This document shows positions 1-13,198 of a stretch of DNA of 54,476 nt, in pieces. Origin of the DNA: Seison nebaliae. Lineage: Eukaryota. Below the pieces are notes generated by a model, which saw only the letters and a list, made by a program, of their open reading frames with translations, searched no databases and was not told the origin of the DNA. The stretch is from contig JALJEE010000101.1 in assembly GCA_023231475.1 (NCBI GenBank), forward strand, positions 1-54,476, in the 5' to 3' direction. The position numbers and the translations under genes were made by a program. Numbering within the stretch: position 1 is the first letter of the stretch; each line of letters begins with the position of its first letter.

Positions 1-317
1 CGGTATATTTCTTTACTAGAGAAGATGGATACTTCAGAATTTCCGTCGCCTTCTTTTATCGAATTGTTACCACTTACGTCTCCTTTATCATTTTTCTGTT
101 CATATTACACTCTTCCGAAGCCTACTCGGCTGTTCAATGCAAGAGAATTGACTGATCAATTCTCCGTCGATTACTTGGTTCCTGATAATCTCAAAAATCA
201 AATACCTAGATGCCGTGAACTAATATCCAACGACCAAGGTCGTGAATTCTTAATTTTTATTTATAATTTACCCTATAGGGATTTACAATAATTTACAATA
301 AAAAAAAAAAAAAAAAA
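1..317 (+). mobile_element. 3' end of non-LTR retrotransposon (LINE) with poly(A) tail
   Basis: ORF 25..291 ends FIYNLPYRDLQ* and is followed within about 10 nt by an A-run (about 300-317). A related terminus occurs at 3090-3150 (on the RT-bearing copy) and at 32978-33060. Confidence 0.6.
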
Positions 318-514
318 CAAAATAAAACAGCTTAAATCGTGTAAAACATAAAACATCAACTCTGAGAAATAGTGGTGTCCAAACGATAAGGAAAAGTTAT
401 AAGAAAAAAACGATTTGATTTTAGAAGGGGAAAAAATCCCATTGTTTTCCGTTTAAACTAACAACTTTGTAAGATTAAAATTAAAGTTACCAAACTGTCA
501 ATCCAATAGAATAG

Positions 515-690
515 CGTTAACTTCTTTCTTTTTTCATCGAATAATGCTTAACTCGTTTCTTTTTCCAAGTTAACTTCTTTCTGTTTAGAGAAAAGAGGGC
601 TAACATGTTTCTTTTTGCTTAAAAAGGGCTTAAAATCTTTCTATTTCGATGGGTATAGGTTAACTACTCCTTAAAGGTTAACTCCTTTCA
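515..690. repeat. Degenerate tandem array of about 7 GTTAACTYCTTTC-like units
   Basis: Units gttaacttctttct, cttaactcgtttct, gttaacttctttct, gctaacatgtttct, cttaaaatctttct, gttaactactcc and gttaactcctttc, spaced about 17-30 nt apart. Confidence 0.6.
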
Positions 691-857
691 CCAATCCCTC
701 TTAACAATAAGAAGAGGGAAAGGTTTCAATTCGCAGATAGAAAACATAAACGCTCTATTAAATGACTTACAACATTTTCTATTTCTCCTAAAATTTTGTA
801 ATGTTCATATTAAAAAAGTTTAAACAAATCGACCGTTAAGAAACTTCATTTTTAATT

Positions 858-3059
858 ATGCTTTTTTTCAACTTTTTAATTTTTCTTTTCAGTCTAATTT
901 GCTTATCAACAAGTCCCTATGTACCAGGAACTAATTATGAAAAAGGTAAATATTTTAGTCACAATCCACAAGTTTATAAGCAAATGACTTATCCAAAAGC
1001 GTCCAGCTTAACGAATGATATTGTTCATGCCCTTCCTGATGTTTTAGTGATACCTCCAATAAAAAAGGAGATATTTGCAGCTAATTCATTTCATGAAATC
1101 AAACTAACAACTTTAGAAGCAAGAGATTTGGCAGAGGCGCAAGTCAATCTCTTTAATGATCTCACCGGTCCTACATCAAAATTTTTTGTTGCCATGATAT
1201 CTTATAAAAGAGCTCTACATATTGCAACCGTTTCATTTGGCACTAAGATTCTCATTCAACTTTTGTCCTTGAACGCAACACTTCAAAGATACCCTGATGT
1301 TCTGAATGATCATGAATTTCATGAAACTTTAGAGAGTTATATGGAAGCTTTCCAACATATGATCGATTCAGTTCCAGGATGCTATGAAGGATTTAAAATT
1401 GGTTTCAATCCAGAATATGTCGATCTCAATAACTTTTCCCAAATATCACAAGAAGAACTTAATTATATTTTTTCTAATTTTATTCATATGGATGCAACTC
1501 AAGTACCCGATATTTATTATTGTTCTTACGTAGTTAATAGCTTGTTCTTTTTTTACCAAGGCATAATGAAAGACGTTTTCTATCCTATGGCTACCATATT
1601 ATATAATAAACTGGAGAAACCGCCAATGGAATTGTTTAAGATGGTGAACATTAAAATGCTTCCGACCGTTACAAATATGTACAAAAATTCATCATACTAC
1701 GACTTTATTCTTAAAATTGTGAACGAATACAGATTTTTGCATTCCTACCAGACTAAAGACAACCCTAGTCTGTATTATTTGGTTATGCGGAAACTCAACA
1801 TAGTATATATATTTGATAATTATAATATTGACCATACTGTACATTGTCTTTCTGATTTTGCGAAAGATGTGATAGCTGAAGATCTGAAACAAATTTATAA
1901 TGCCAATGCTCAGATGTACCAAATTTTGAAAAAGTATAAAGAACTCCGTCTTAGCTATAAAACTTTATTTTCTTTAGTCTCTTCTGACGAAATAGAACCG
2001 ATATACATAGAATATTTCCCTACCGAAGTTGAGGTGTTAACTCATTTATTAAATCCACTTAGTGTATTCACTTCGAGAATGAAAATCATATGGGCAATGG
2101 AAAAAAGCGGTCTCTTCAATAGTGTTCAAATAATGCAAGAAATTAATAGAGATTCATTTTTACTTTCACTTTTCGACAAGCCCGTCCCATTGGGACCACT
2201 TGGTGGCACCTTACGGAACAGAGGAAATGATATATATCTACCTCTTAATAGTATCCCGATTAGTCATGCAATTAAAAGATATCGAAGACCTTCAATATCC
2301 AAAGCCGGTTCTCGTATCTATCCCAATATAACACACGTTCACCCTCCCGAGCAACGTCAGAAATTAGAACGAAACGAAATTGATGTAAGTCGACTATCTT
2401 TTCAACTGCGGCAAACATTATTACAAAAATACAAAAATGGACTAATACCCAAAACAAAGTCACATCCAACATCTATCAACCCTATAATTTATTGGCCGTT
2501 ATTCCCGAACGAAATGGTGAACAAATTTGGAGATACATATGATATCTTTCATTTTCATAGAACTTACGAAAAAATTCTAAAAATGGAGGAGGCATATAAC
2601 AATGAACTAAGATACGTAAAATATTCATGTCCAGTTATTATTAAGTTACATGGTTATGTGAAGTATAAATTTTATTTTAACAGAAACAAACAGATACCAA
2701 TCATCCAGAAGGTAATACTGTTGCGTTGAATATTACAGCTATGGTTTTCATTTATATTTGAATTTACTGTTAAATAGCTATGTTAAGGTTGGAACATTTT
2801 CGCAAAGAATTGGAGATCGAAGTCATTCAAGAAATATACCGATATTTAATACAACAACTACGGTTTATCTTCATTAAGATGAAAATTATATAACTTCTTA
2901 ATTAACATCAGGAAAGTGGTGAGTCTACCGACTTTTAGGAAAATGGAACTACATAATGGAATATTTCATATATTATTTACTACTATTTACGTATATTATT
3001 TCCATATCTCGCCAATGAAATTATCTTTCCGAAATGAATATGTTTTCAACAAAAACTAA
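858..3059 (+). CDS. Orphan secreted protein, about 700 aa
   Basis: Hydrophobic signal peptide MLFFNFLIFLFSLICLSTS and a long first exon. Two GTT..AG introns (2725-2777, 2863-2911) extend the frame (…KVILLPMLRLEHFRKELE…QQLRKVVSLP…EYVFNKN*) to TAA at 3057-3059, which overlaps an AATAAA. No recognised domain. Confidence 0.7.
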
Positions 3060-3089
3060 TAAAATAAATTTAAACTTAAATAATAATAT

Positions 3090-4270
3090 TTTTTATTATT
3101 CATAGCGAATGCCCGCGGGGTAAATTTAAAAGAAAAAAAGAGTAGTTATTTGAAATTAGATTCCTGCGCGTAGCAATAAAATGTTTGAGTGCTTCGGCAG
3201 GAAATGGTAAGAATATCGAAGTTGAATGTCAACGATACAGCACCTTCAAGTGAAAGACGATAGATTATCGAGTAGCAGTGGTAGAAAAATTGGAGAGGTG
3301 AGGACAGGCTCTCACATTGTGTATGCGTTGGAATTGGAAGGGTTGAACTGCGAACAGAATCAATTACTTTCAGATACGTCTACGCCAAGAGTAACGACAA
3401 AGGAGTTAATTCGCAGATCGTGAACATAAATGCTCTATTGAAAGGCTTATGACAGCCGAGCATCATCCGAACTGTTCTATTATAGGTACGATCAAGACAT
3501 CGTAATGACTTTTCCGTATTCGAGATAGATACCGGTAACCCATAAAAGTCACAACAGTAACTGACAAATAATTTCAAATTCATTTTGAGAGAAAAAAACG
3601 AGTACTGATGATGAAATGAATAGAATGATCTGAGAAACATACATCTTGCTCGATCTACCAATGCTGAACTTTTCGTCTTCGAGTCAATTTGACATCCAAG
3701 GAAACAGGCCTCCTTACTCACCAATTTCTTCAAATCCTAAGGAATTGGAAATGAGGAGATATTCGAGATAATCGATGACTTATTCTGATTTAATTTGATT
3801 CCAACAACAGCTAAACGATCACTAATGAAATCCACAACTCTTTTACAGTGACGAACGTTATTCGTTCAAATGAGGATATCATTTGCGTACACGATAACTG
3901 CAAGAAAGGAATTCGAACCAATTTTAAATGAGAATTTTCCATCGGATTCAATAAGAATTTCATCCAACACTTGTCTCATTTTCATCCTTGTCTCACTCCT
4001 TTGTTTATGCGAAACATATTCGATTTCTTCGATCCATGTTTTACTACTCCGAAATAATGATGTGATCGATCCAGGACTTTTCTTTTGACGATTGAAAGGA
4101 AAAAGAAGATTTGCAACATAATTCAAGATCAATGAAGAGACAATTGAATTTGGATTAAAAATTCTTTCCGCTCTCCATCAATAAATCAATGTACTTAGGA
4201 GAGAGGTTGAAGTCTCCCGCACTTAAGTTCTTTAAGATCTTTTAGACATCCCAAATTAAAAGACAAATCT
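3090..4270 (-). mobile_element. 5'-truncated, degenerate LINE reverse transcriptase copy
   Basis: Minus strand shows INKGVRQG (about 3985-4010) and VIVYANDILI (YADD motif, about 3870-3900), then KLNQNKS…FLGCQI. Stops and frameshifts are present. It ends FLLNLPRGHSL* before an A-rich tail. Confidence 0.8.
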
Positions 4271-4561
4271 GCATCAATCTACAGAGAATTAAAGTTTTTA
4301 TCTAACTATTATCTCATCTTTATGATTTACTGCTGTCATTCATATAATATGGCTATTGTAGTTTCGAGCATGAACAAATCTTTTATTTTTCTCCATCGAG
4401 TCCATCCTATCATTGATTCAATAATTGTATGTTCAAATATGATAAGTCCAACATTTCAGATACTATTTTGAAATTTTTCACTCAAATTTCTTTTGCAAAA
4501 AAACCTAATTTGGGCGTGCGTAGCGCAGTGCTCTACTAAAAAAAAATCAACCAAAAGTGAA

Positions 4562-6172
4562 ATGAATACAAAAACTGAAAAAATGGTTATCCATTTCACG
4601 GATACTATATAAAGTAAAAGAACTTTAGTTTAGGAATTTCCGTTTTTGTTTTTTGTATTTTGTTTTTTTCTTTATTCTTTTTTGGGTTGTGAAAAAATGG
4701 ATGCAGAATATGGAGAGAATTTAACTTTTATGGAACACTTTGCTTTTCTTTCATTCATAGACAAACAAAGACTAATGGGTGATTTCTACACTTATTTAGC
4801 TCATGGAATACCATTATTTCGTAACTTAGCAGTGCTCGGTCTTTGTGCTTCGAATTCTTTATTTGGTCAAATTGTGTCATCAGCCCATATACTTAATGAA
4901 ATAAATAGATATCCAATTGACGATACAAAAGGAATTAATGCGTTTAAGAGCTATATGGAAAATGATCCTTTGGCAATTCACAGACCAATACCAGTTAAGC
5001 TGTATCATGTTGGGCAATTGATGCGTCATAATATAAGGAAAGCGTCCATGGGCCAAAATGACCAAAGTCTTTATGGTACAGTTGGAGAATACTATTTATC
5101 TAGATTTTTTTATGAACGCATCCAAAAACCACCAATGCAAAATATCTATACTAAGTATTATACAAACTCCAAAGTCAGGCAAGACCACTGTTTAGAAGCT
5201 ATTCGTCAAAGTAAATTCAGGCTATCTCGATATGACATGTTTGCTACCGTATTGTTTGATATGTTTCAAGAAACGAAAATGAATTGGATGATTGTGCCTT
5301 TAGATATTAATCACGTAAAGGCCTCATATCTTACGGCGATAAAAGTTTTAAATATCCAACACCTAGATTCAGCGAACAGATATTATGGGTTTCATTCTTT
5401 ACCTAACCAACTTTTTGGTCCTCCATTTAATATTGTTAATTTACCTTCGATACCAGGAGCCGTTATCATGAATCTTTATCATGATGCTTCAGAGATCCGT
5501 CCTATATCTATGAAAAATCTTATGAAAGATGTCTTTCTCAGCGTATTGAGAAATGATAACGTTGATTTGGCAGATATGGACAATACGAACATAATTTTCG
5601 GAAATGCTAGTCCTAAAATTCCAAAGAATCTTGCCGATGGCGTATTGACACATTCACTGAAAATTAATGGACAAAATTATGATTATAAAATAAGAAGTAT
5701 CAGTTTTATACTTGAAGAAGAATATAGCATGACAGTTGCTAATATAAGAAACTTGCCTCGGTCACATAGTTCAATACCTGAAAACCAGGATAGAATAAAG
5801 CATTGCGAGGACGAGAATATCAATGTATTTGCAAAATATTACGACATGATGGTTGGGTTATATTCTCTACAAACTGAGTCACGACAAACAATTAGAGATT
5901 TAATGAAAATGATCTGTACGAAATTCACTACAAATAATATCATTCCTTTTTTAAACGTCAAATCCATAAATAACTGTCATTATTTCACAATTATGAAGAA
6001 AATTGATAAATGGGTTATACTTTCTGATACAGAGCATTATCCAATTAAAAATCCAAAATCTCTTTTCGAACTATTTCAGTACGAAAATGCTGCTTCTATA
6101 TTACTTGATAGAGCGACAGACACCGAAATGGAAATTACAACAACTTTGAAAGGACTTAGCTTAAAACCTTGA
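4562..6172 (+). CDS. Signal-peptide-bearing, divergent USP (peptidase C19)-like protein
   Basis: In-frame ATGs at 4562 and 4583. Intron 4586-4633 (GTTATC..TTTAG, 48 nt) gives M|EFPFLFFVFCFFLYSFLGC. Cys-box-like FRNLAVLGLCASNSL, His-box-like CHYFTIMKKIDKWVILSDT and terminal AASILLDR. Confidence 0.6.
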
Positions 6173-6862
6173 AATGTTCTTTTTTAAAATAGAAATATAA
6201 TATCGATAGCTAGCGATAAGCTATATTTTATTAACATTTTCATAACATAAATATATTAATAATAAAGAACTTTTTATTCTTAATTTTGAACCTGACTAAC
6301 TGATAATAAATAGTTGTTTGTTAATTCTTGTATCGATCAGTAACATTCCGTTTCTTATATTCAAATATGCCATCAAAAAAACCTTATGTGATAAATTTTA
6401 CCAAATTGGCAGATAGTTTAAGAAACATTTACGTGGAGTTGGTAAGAAACAGAAATTTTGTACTGAAACTATGAATATGGAATATGGAATAAATATTGGA
6501 AGGAAACTTTAAAAAATTATGTTGGTTATTATTCAAACTTATATTAGGATCGTCTCTTATAACTATTTCGATGTATAATTGCTATATCATTATCACCTTC
6601 AAATTTTCCAGAAATGATAAAGTTGGAAATCATCCCGTATAAACGAAAGGAATTTTCGAAAAAACTTATAATTCTTAACCATCAGTCTGTATTCCCAGTG
6701 AATCCTTAAAGATTATCGAAACTATCATAAAAAAGAGATATGTCCCATTGTTGCCATCATAACAATATACAGAGAACTGAATTAAAAATTCATCTGTACA
6801 TTTCTTGATGCGTCCATGGGATTCCCTGTGATTTTGTCACCCTATAATTCTTAAGCGAAAAT

Positions 6863-7056
6863 CGGTGGTTTCATCACCCATAAAATGGTGATTTCGTCAC
6901 TCCTTTTAGAGTACTTCGGTGATTTCGTCACCCAAGAAAAAAATTTAAGGTTAAATTTTGTGTATTTTTTGCTAAACGGTGAATTTGTCACTCATTTAGT
7001 CGTATTTCGGTGAATTCGTCACCGATTTAGTTCTATTTCGGTGAATTCGTCACCCA
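6863..7056. repeat. Minisatellite of 6 near-palindromic GGTGAWTTCGTCACC cores
   Basis: Cores at about 6864, 6887, 6918, 6978, 7009 and 7040. GGTGA…TCACC arms, dominant period 31 nt, related linkers (tttag..tatttc). Confidence 0.8.
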
Positions 7057-7276
7057 TTTATAAAAATATTTTTGTAAATTTTTTCATGTTTATGGTTTTG
7101 TCATTAAATGAAAATGAATTAAATTGTCATTTGGATGAAAACTATATAATATATATTTATAAATCCTGTTCGTTCGATTTGCGGACTTCTTATTATCTTA
7201 TATTATTTATAGAAATTAAATCCCTAAAAATTTTAAAGCTCACTATTAATAATTTAAGAAAATGAACTGGAAGCGT

Positions 7277-7694
7277 TTACTTTTTTTCAATAGTTTTAGA
7301 AGTTAAAGAATTGTTCTTTTTATTGAACAGTTCTCTGGTTTTGGCGGCTAATGCCAAATGATCCAAACAAACGTTAACAGCAACACGAATTTTTCGTAAA
7401 TTGTCTGACTGGAATGTGACTTTCAGACCTTTGTGATCGTTCTTCAAATTAACAAAAAATAATTTAATGGAAAACATTTGAGAAGTTCGGTAAAACTTTT
7501 TTTATGATCTCCATCCTTCGTTTTAGTTGATGAGGATTCACTTGTTTATCCGCTGACATTGTTCTCAAATCCATTTGCATTTCGTCTTCATTTTCATATG
7601 GAATAAATGTCATTACTTCATATTTCCATTCTTCAATTGGACATGTTGTTGAGGGATTTGTTGAAAGTTTGGGAATTTTTGGTTTTGAACTCAT
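7277..7694 (-). CDS. LAGE3: EKC/KEOPS complex subunit Pcc1/LAGE3-like, 2 exons
   Basis: IPYENEDEMQMDLRTMSADKQ…LKRRMEI joined to LKVTFQSDNLRKIRVAVNVCLDHLALAAKT. Intron 7442-7496 (GTTTTA..GAAG). Confidence 0.8.
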
Positions 7695-7739
7695 TTCTAA
7701 TAGAAAACTTCTGATAATTCGGAAGAAAGATAAATTTAT

Positions 7740-8177
7740 TTAAAGTTTTAAAATTTCTTTTTTTAATTTTTCATCAACATTCTTCATCATTTCACACATA
7801 TCCGGATACTTCAACAATTGGAGCATTTCAGTGGAATATTGGATCCATTTGAATTCATCATGTTCATCACTAATTTTTACAGTCAAATTATTGAGCAATT
7901 CCCCAACATAATAATCGACATGTTTGGGTTCATCTTTTACATTATAATTGAGATCATATTTCATTTCATCATAAATTTTCACGTTTCCTTCAAATTTAAT
8001 TCCAGTCTCTTCATTAAATTCTCTTTTGGCAGCTTCCATTTGAGTTTCACCTTTCTCTGTATGACCTTTCGGTGGTGACCAATGATGTTCTCCATAAGAT
8101 GCACGCATTATCAAATATTCGATATTTTTATTCACACGTCGAAATAGAAGGAAACCAGCTGCTTTTACTATACTCAT
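7740..8177 (-). CDS. NUDT2: Ap4A hydrolase (Nudix)
   Basis: AAGFLLFRR…EYLIMRASYGEHHWSPPKGH and Nudix box GETQMEAAKREFNEETG; ISDEHDEFKW. Confidence 0.93.
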   Translation of the reverse strand: MSIVKAAGFLLFRRVNKNIEYLIMRASYGEHHWSPPKGHTEKGETQMEAAKREFNEETGIKFEGNVKIYDEMKYDLNYNVKDEPKHVDYYVGELLNNLTVKISDEHDEFKWIQYSTEMLQLLKYPDMCEMMKNVDEKLKKEILKL

Positions 8178-8361
8178 TGTTTCGAAATAAATTTAAAGGA
8201 AATGCAAAATAAAATTTCTCTTCAAATAGCCAACATTTCAAAACTAAAAAAAAAGAAATTGTTAAAAATTAAGGAATAATTTAATAAATTTTAATCTAAA
8301 TTTCAGAAAATTAATTTAAAGTTACAAACAACAATATCTTCTTATAGATTCAAAAATTAAA

Positions 8362-8923
<562 letters not shown>

Positions 8924-9920
8924 ATAATTTTTATCTTATGAATTCATACATTAAAACGTGTTTTCGTAAACTTTATGGAAATTAATTAAAGTTCGTTGTT
9001 ATTCATAATCTTATTAATCTATAACATCATGCGATTGTTGATTATTCTGTAGTCAACAGTAGGATTGGCAATAAGTTAAAATAACTGAAAATCCTAAATA
9101 CTTGTTCAAGTAAATTTTATATTTCTTATTAAATTTTCGAAAAGTTTACTTTCGAATCTGTTAGTCATCAAAACTCTTCAAATTATAGTTTTATTACGGT
9201 AATTTTTAATTTGCGACTAATGGGTCATTAATTTAATTATTTATTATATATTAGTTTCCTTAATTTTAATTAGTTTAAGTTTTAAACCAGTCTGATATAA
9301 ACTTACAATATCATCAAAATGTTTTCACATATTTTAATAATAATAATTTATTTACTTGAATTTTGACATTTGGCATAAAATTAGATATTAAAAATATTTA
9401 AAAGAATATAATTAATTAAATAATAAAAAAAACTTTGAAATAAGTTTATTGGTAAAAAGAAGATAATTTTTTCTCCACTTTCTCGTCTCTAATTGATTGA
9501 TTGGATTGTATCAGGAAAATGAATTTTCAAAAACAAAATTTGGAATATATTTTTTCTTTTTAATACCTAATACTGTATAAACTATAAAAGGAAGGTATGT
9601 TTTTTAGTGGTCCGTAGGATGGACATTTGACGAATGGTTTTCAGATTCAAGGAAATTCATTCTGTATTTACGGTTGTATACATATGATGATATGTATAAT
9701 CAAGTAACAATTGTGAAGATGTGTTAGTAGTCTGATGAACGATCTTCATTATGAATAAACTTATCTAATTTTAAGAAATTGATTTATTCTTTGTATGTTA
9801 AATCGGAATATCTTTAAGGGTGACGAAAAATCAAGAAAATCGAAATATTTTTTTTTTAATTTTCCTTATTAGTATTTGCGCAAAAGCGATTGTTTAATTC
9901 TTCTCCAATTTATCCATTAG

Positions 9921-10886
9921 AATGGAAGGAAGAGATACTCGACTTTTGGGTGCAGGTTCAAAGTACCCGCTCATCCATCATCGGAAAAAGCGCGCTTATG
10001 TTCAACATGTTAATCGTCATCGAAGAGCTCATCGTTATGATTATGTGAATGAAGTTATGAAAACTAATTAGATATTTTTAGTTATGTTAGATATAACTCA
10101 TCGACAAGTACCATACGGAAGTTTAAATTAATCAATAAAAAAATTTCAATGTTTAACCCATTTAGATGGTAAATATGAAGCATGGGAAAAGACAGAATAT
10201 GATATTCATCAATTTGATCCAGGATATGAAGGTATGTTCATAAATCTTTTCTCATTAATTCCCAACAATTACATAACAACACTATAGGTTACAATAATTT
10301 CAATACTGAAAGTTTAAGTGGTGCAACATCTTTGAATATGGCACCAAAGAAGAATTTTGAAACGAAATATCGAAATTCTATAAATTATAATAGTACTGAA
10401 GAATCAGAGAAACCCCAGGAAGCCAGATCAAAAAATTCAAAGAAGACGAAGGTAAATAATTTTTGTGAGATATCTATATATTGTAAAATATGTATTGTTA
10501 GAAAACTTATCCGTTGAAACATAAACTGACGACATCTAAAATGAACTTTTCAAGTTATTTTCCAATTGTTTTCCATAAAATTTAAATTCGATATTTTATT
10601 GTCTAATTTACATAATCGGTTTTTATAGGAAAGGTTAATCTAATGCGATTTGATGTCGTTGGAACTTTTATGAAATTTGTAAAATTATTCAAATTTCAAA
10701 TTTCAGAATGAAATGTCAGACAGTAGTCAAGAAACTGATACTGAAGAGAATATTATGTTGAAGAATTTAAATGATCGACGTAAAGTTCATGAGATTTCCT
10801 TTCATTTCTTGTTATTGTATTTATCATTTTTCTAGTGGTTGACAACAAGAAATTCGGAGATTATTAAGAAATATTCAGAAGCGTAG
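9921..10886 (+). CDS. Multi-exon orphan protein; 5' end unresolved and may extend to about 9600
   Basis: Continuous frame across introns 10034-10090, 10121-10165, 10232-10287, 10452-10501, 10554-10628, 10658-10706 and 10785-10835 (MEGRDTRLLG…GKYEAWEKTEYD…WLTTRNSEIIKKYSEA*). Confidence 0.65.
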
Positions 10887-11300
10887 AATGGATAAATTTT
10901 TTTTCAATTTATTTCCAATCTGAATATCTCCATAATGAAAACTTTTAATCTCCAAATTAACTATCATAAATTATATTAGTCATCATAATTAATAATTCTT
11001 ATTTTTCATTATGAATTATCATGATAGAATGTGTGAACGAGTTATTTCTCTAATAAAGTTCAATGATAATTATTTGAATTCTTATTAGAATATTTAATAG
11101 AAAGTAAGTTTAGTGAGTTATTTGGATTAAAGATGAAAAAGTGAAATTTAATTTTTAAAAGAAATTCGAAAAAGTCGAGATCTAAAGCGGGAGAGACGAT
11201 CTAAAATTGTATGATATAATATTGATGGAAATAAAAAGGCAAAACGTTAGTTAGAAGAGATTTGAATAGAAGATTTGAGTATCACTGCTTGATTATAAAT

Positions 11301-11660
11301 TTATTTTCCCCATGCTGGTGCTCGCTTTCCCCAAGCGGGAGCACGTTTACCCCAAGCAGGTGCTCGTTTGTAGAGATCATAAAAATTGTCAGAGAATGGA
11401 ACGTCGTTAATGAGACTTTGTAAATTTCTCAATTTCTCCATTTCAATCGCGCTCAATTCATTTTTAAGGGAACCATATTCACTTCGTAGAATATCGGAAA
11501 ACATTTCATCGTCACTTGTCAAATGTTTATTGTCTTTATGAGAAAAGTAGAATAATTGTAAATGAATGAAAAAATAACTTGGTGCAGGTGATGAGAGAGA
11601 CAATTGTACGAAAGAACATAAAAGAAGTGATGAAAGGATTAACGAAAGGATTGAATTCAT
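11301..11660 (-). CDS. Neuropeptide precursor encoding 3x APAW-amide (APGWamide/RGWamide-like)
   Basis: Signal peptide followed by KR-APAWG-KR-APAWG-KR-APAWG-K*, with dibasic cleavage sites and Gly amide donors. Probable in-frame 45-nt intron 11534-11578 (GTTATT..AAAG). Confidence 0.88.
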   Translation of the reverse strand: MNSILSLILSSLLLCSFVQLSLSSPAPSYFFIHLQLFYFSHKDNKHLTSDDEMFSDILRSEYGSLKNELSAIEMEKLRNLQSLINDVPFSDNFYDLYKRAPAWGKRAPAWGKRAPAWGK

Positions 11661-12739
11661 AATATTAAGAATTTATTAATATAAGAATAATTGAAAGAAA
11701 AGAAGGATGAATCCGGCAAATCTTTGTTTTTCGATTAATAAAAATGTTACTTGAGAAGATGAATAATCTGGAAGAGATGCCTTTCCTTTATAAGGCAATA
11801 GATGGAAGGCGTCATCAATAATCTTCATGAATAAGTGACATTAGACTATCTATATTAATGACGGTGTGCGACTTGCATTTGTCTTCTAGTGAGAAATTGT
11901 ATAGTGTCATAATATCGTCCCGCACAGTTTTCCAAACATCCAATCTCTTTTGAGGAGAATGATGCTGCCGGATATGTAATACATTTCGTCCAACATTTTC
12001 CATTCACCTGTTGTATCTACAAAAGAGAAAGTTTGATGGGAAATTTATAGGGTAGAGTCATTGATGGATGTCAGTTTTTGATGATATGTAATATTACGAA
12101 GAGAGACGAAATGACTTCGCGAATTATTCATATAATTGTTCAATACTAACTGCTGAACTTAATTTAGCTTTCGTTTCTTCAATTTGCAGAGCCCTTTGTA
12201 ATTGCCCATCCATTTTATTAAGAAATGGTTCAAGGATCTGTTCCCTCAAAAGACAAAAACAGACAATTTATTATAATAATTTCATGTTTACCCCCACAAG
12301 AGAAATCACGAGATAGACATTATGTTGTTTTATACTATACAATCTATAGGAAGATAGTTCTGCTCCTAGATAAAACATAGCTCGTTTCCTATTCGATATA
12401 TTAATAAATTCTTCCTCACGGACCGATAATTAAGATGATAAAAAGGAAAGAACAAATAAAAAAAATCAGAATGTTATGAAGAATCAAGAAAATGAACTTA
12501 TAAATAATTTATAAGAATTAAAACGATTCTAACGATAAGATTAGAAGAATTCCACAATTTTATCAAAATTTCAAATAATTAAGCTTTATATTTGAAATTA
12601 TGAAATTTTCCCAAATAACTTTTTGTCTCTAATCAATTCCATTTCGTAATTATATGGAACATTTGAATTCGAATTTCCACACTACTCACATATAAAGAAG
12701 AATAATAAGAATAATAATTGAAAATTTATTGTCGAAGAT

Positions 12740-13198
12740 ATGGTTTGTATCTTTTTTCTGTTATGTATTTTATTGAACTTATGAATTCTATTTAAATTGA
12801 AGGGTGAGAAATATGATAAAAATCGTCTGATGATGAGAGATCTTCAAGATTATGATCGTAAGAAGTTGGGTAGTGCTCTTCGAGAGCAACAACAGAAATT
12901 GAGCATGTGTCGGACTCAAAACCTGTCCTCGAACGCAACATCAAAAAGATCGCAAATTCGCATAACGCGAAAGAATATCGCGAGAATTTTGATTACTCTC
13001 CATCAGAAAATGAAATTGGGATCTGCTATATTTCATGTGGAAAAGTTTGGACGAAAACATCTGCCGAAAGATTTACGACCAAAGAAGACACGTGCCATTC
13101 GACGACGTCTAACGAAATCTGAGAAATCGGCAAGTCGACGACGAGAAAAGATGAGGAAGACATTCTATCCTCAACGAAAATATATAGTCAGCGCCTAA
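12740..13198 (+). CDS. RPL35: 60S ribosomal protein L35 (uL29), 2 exons
   Basis: ATG at 12740-12742; intron 12743-12802. IRITRKNIARILI…LPKDLRPKKTRAIRRRLT…YPQRKYIVSA*. Confidence 0.95.

Noticed and set aside
6300..6840. Coding-like sequence downstream of the USP-like gene
   Set aside because: Only short broken frames and no family motif; it cannot be called.
6863..7056. CRISPR array (palindromic repeats with spacers)
   Set aside because: Repeats are only 15 nt, the linkers resemble each other, there are no cas genes and the context is eukaryotic.
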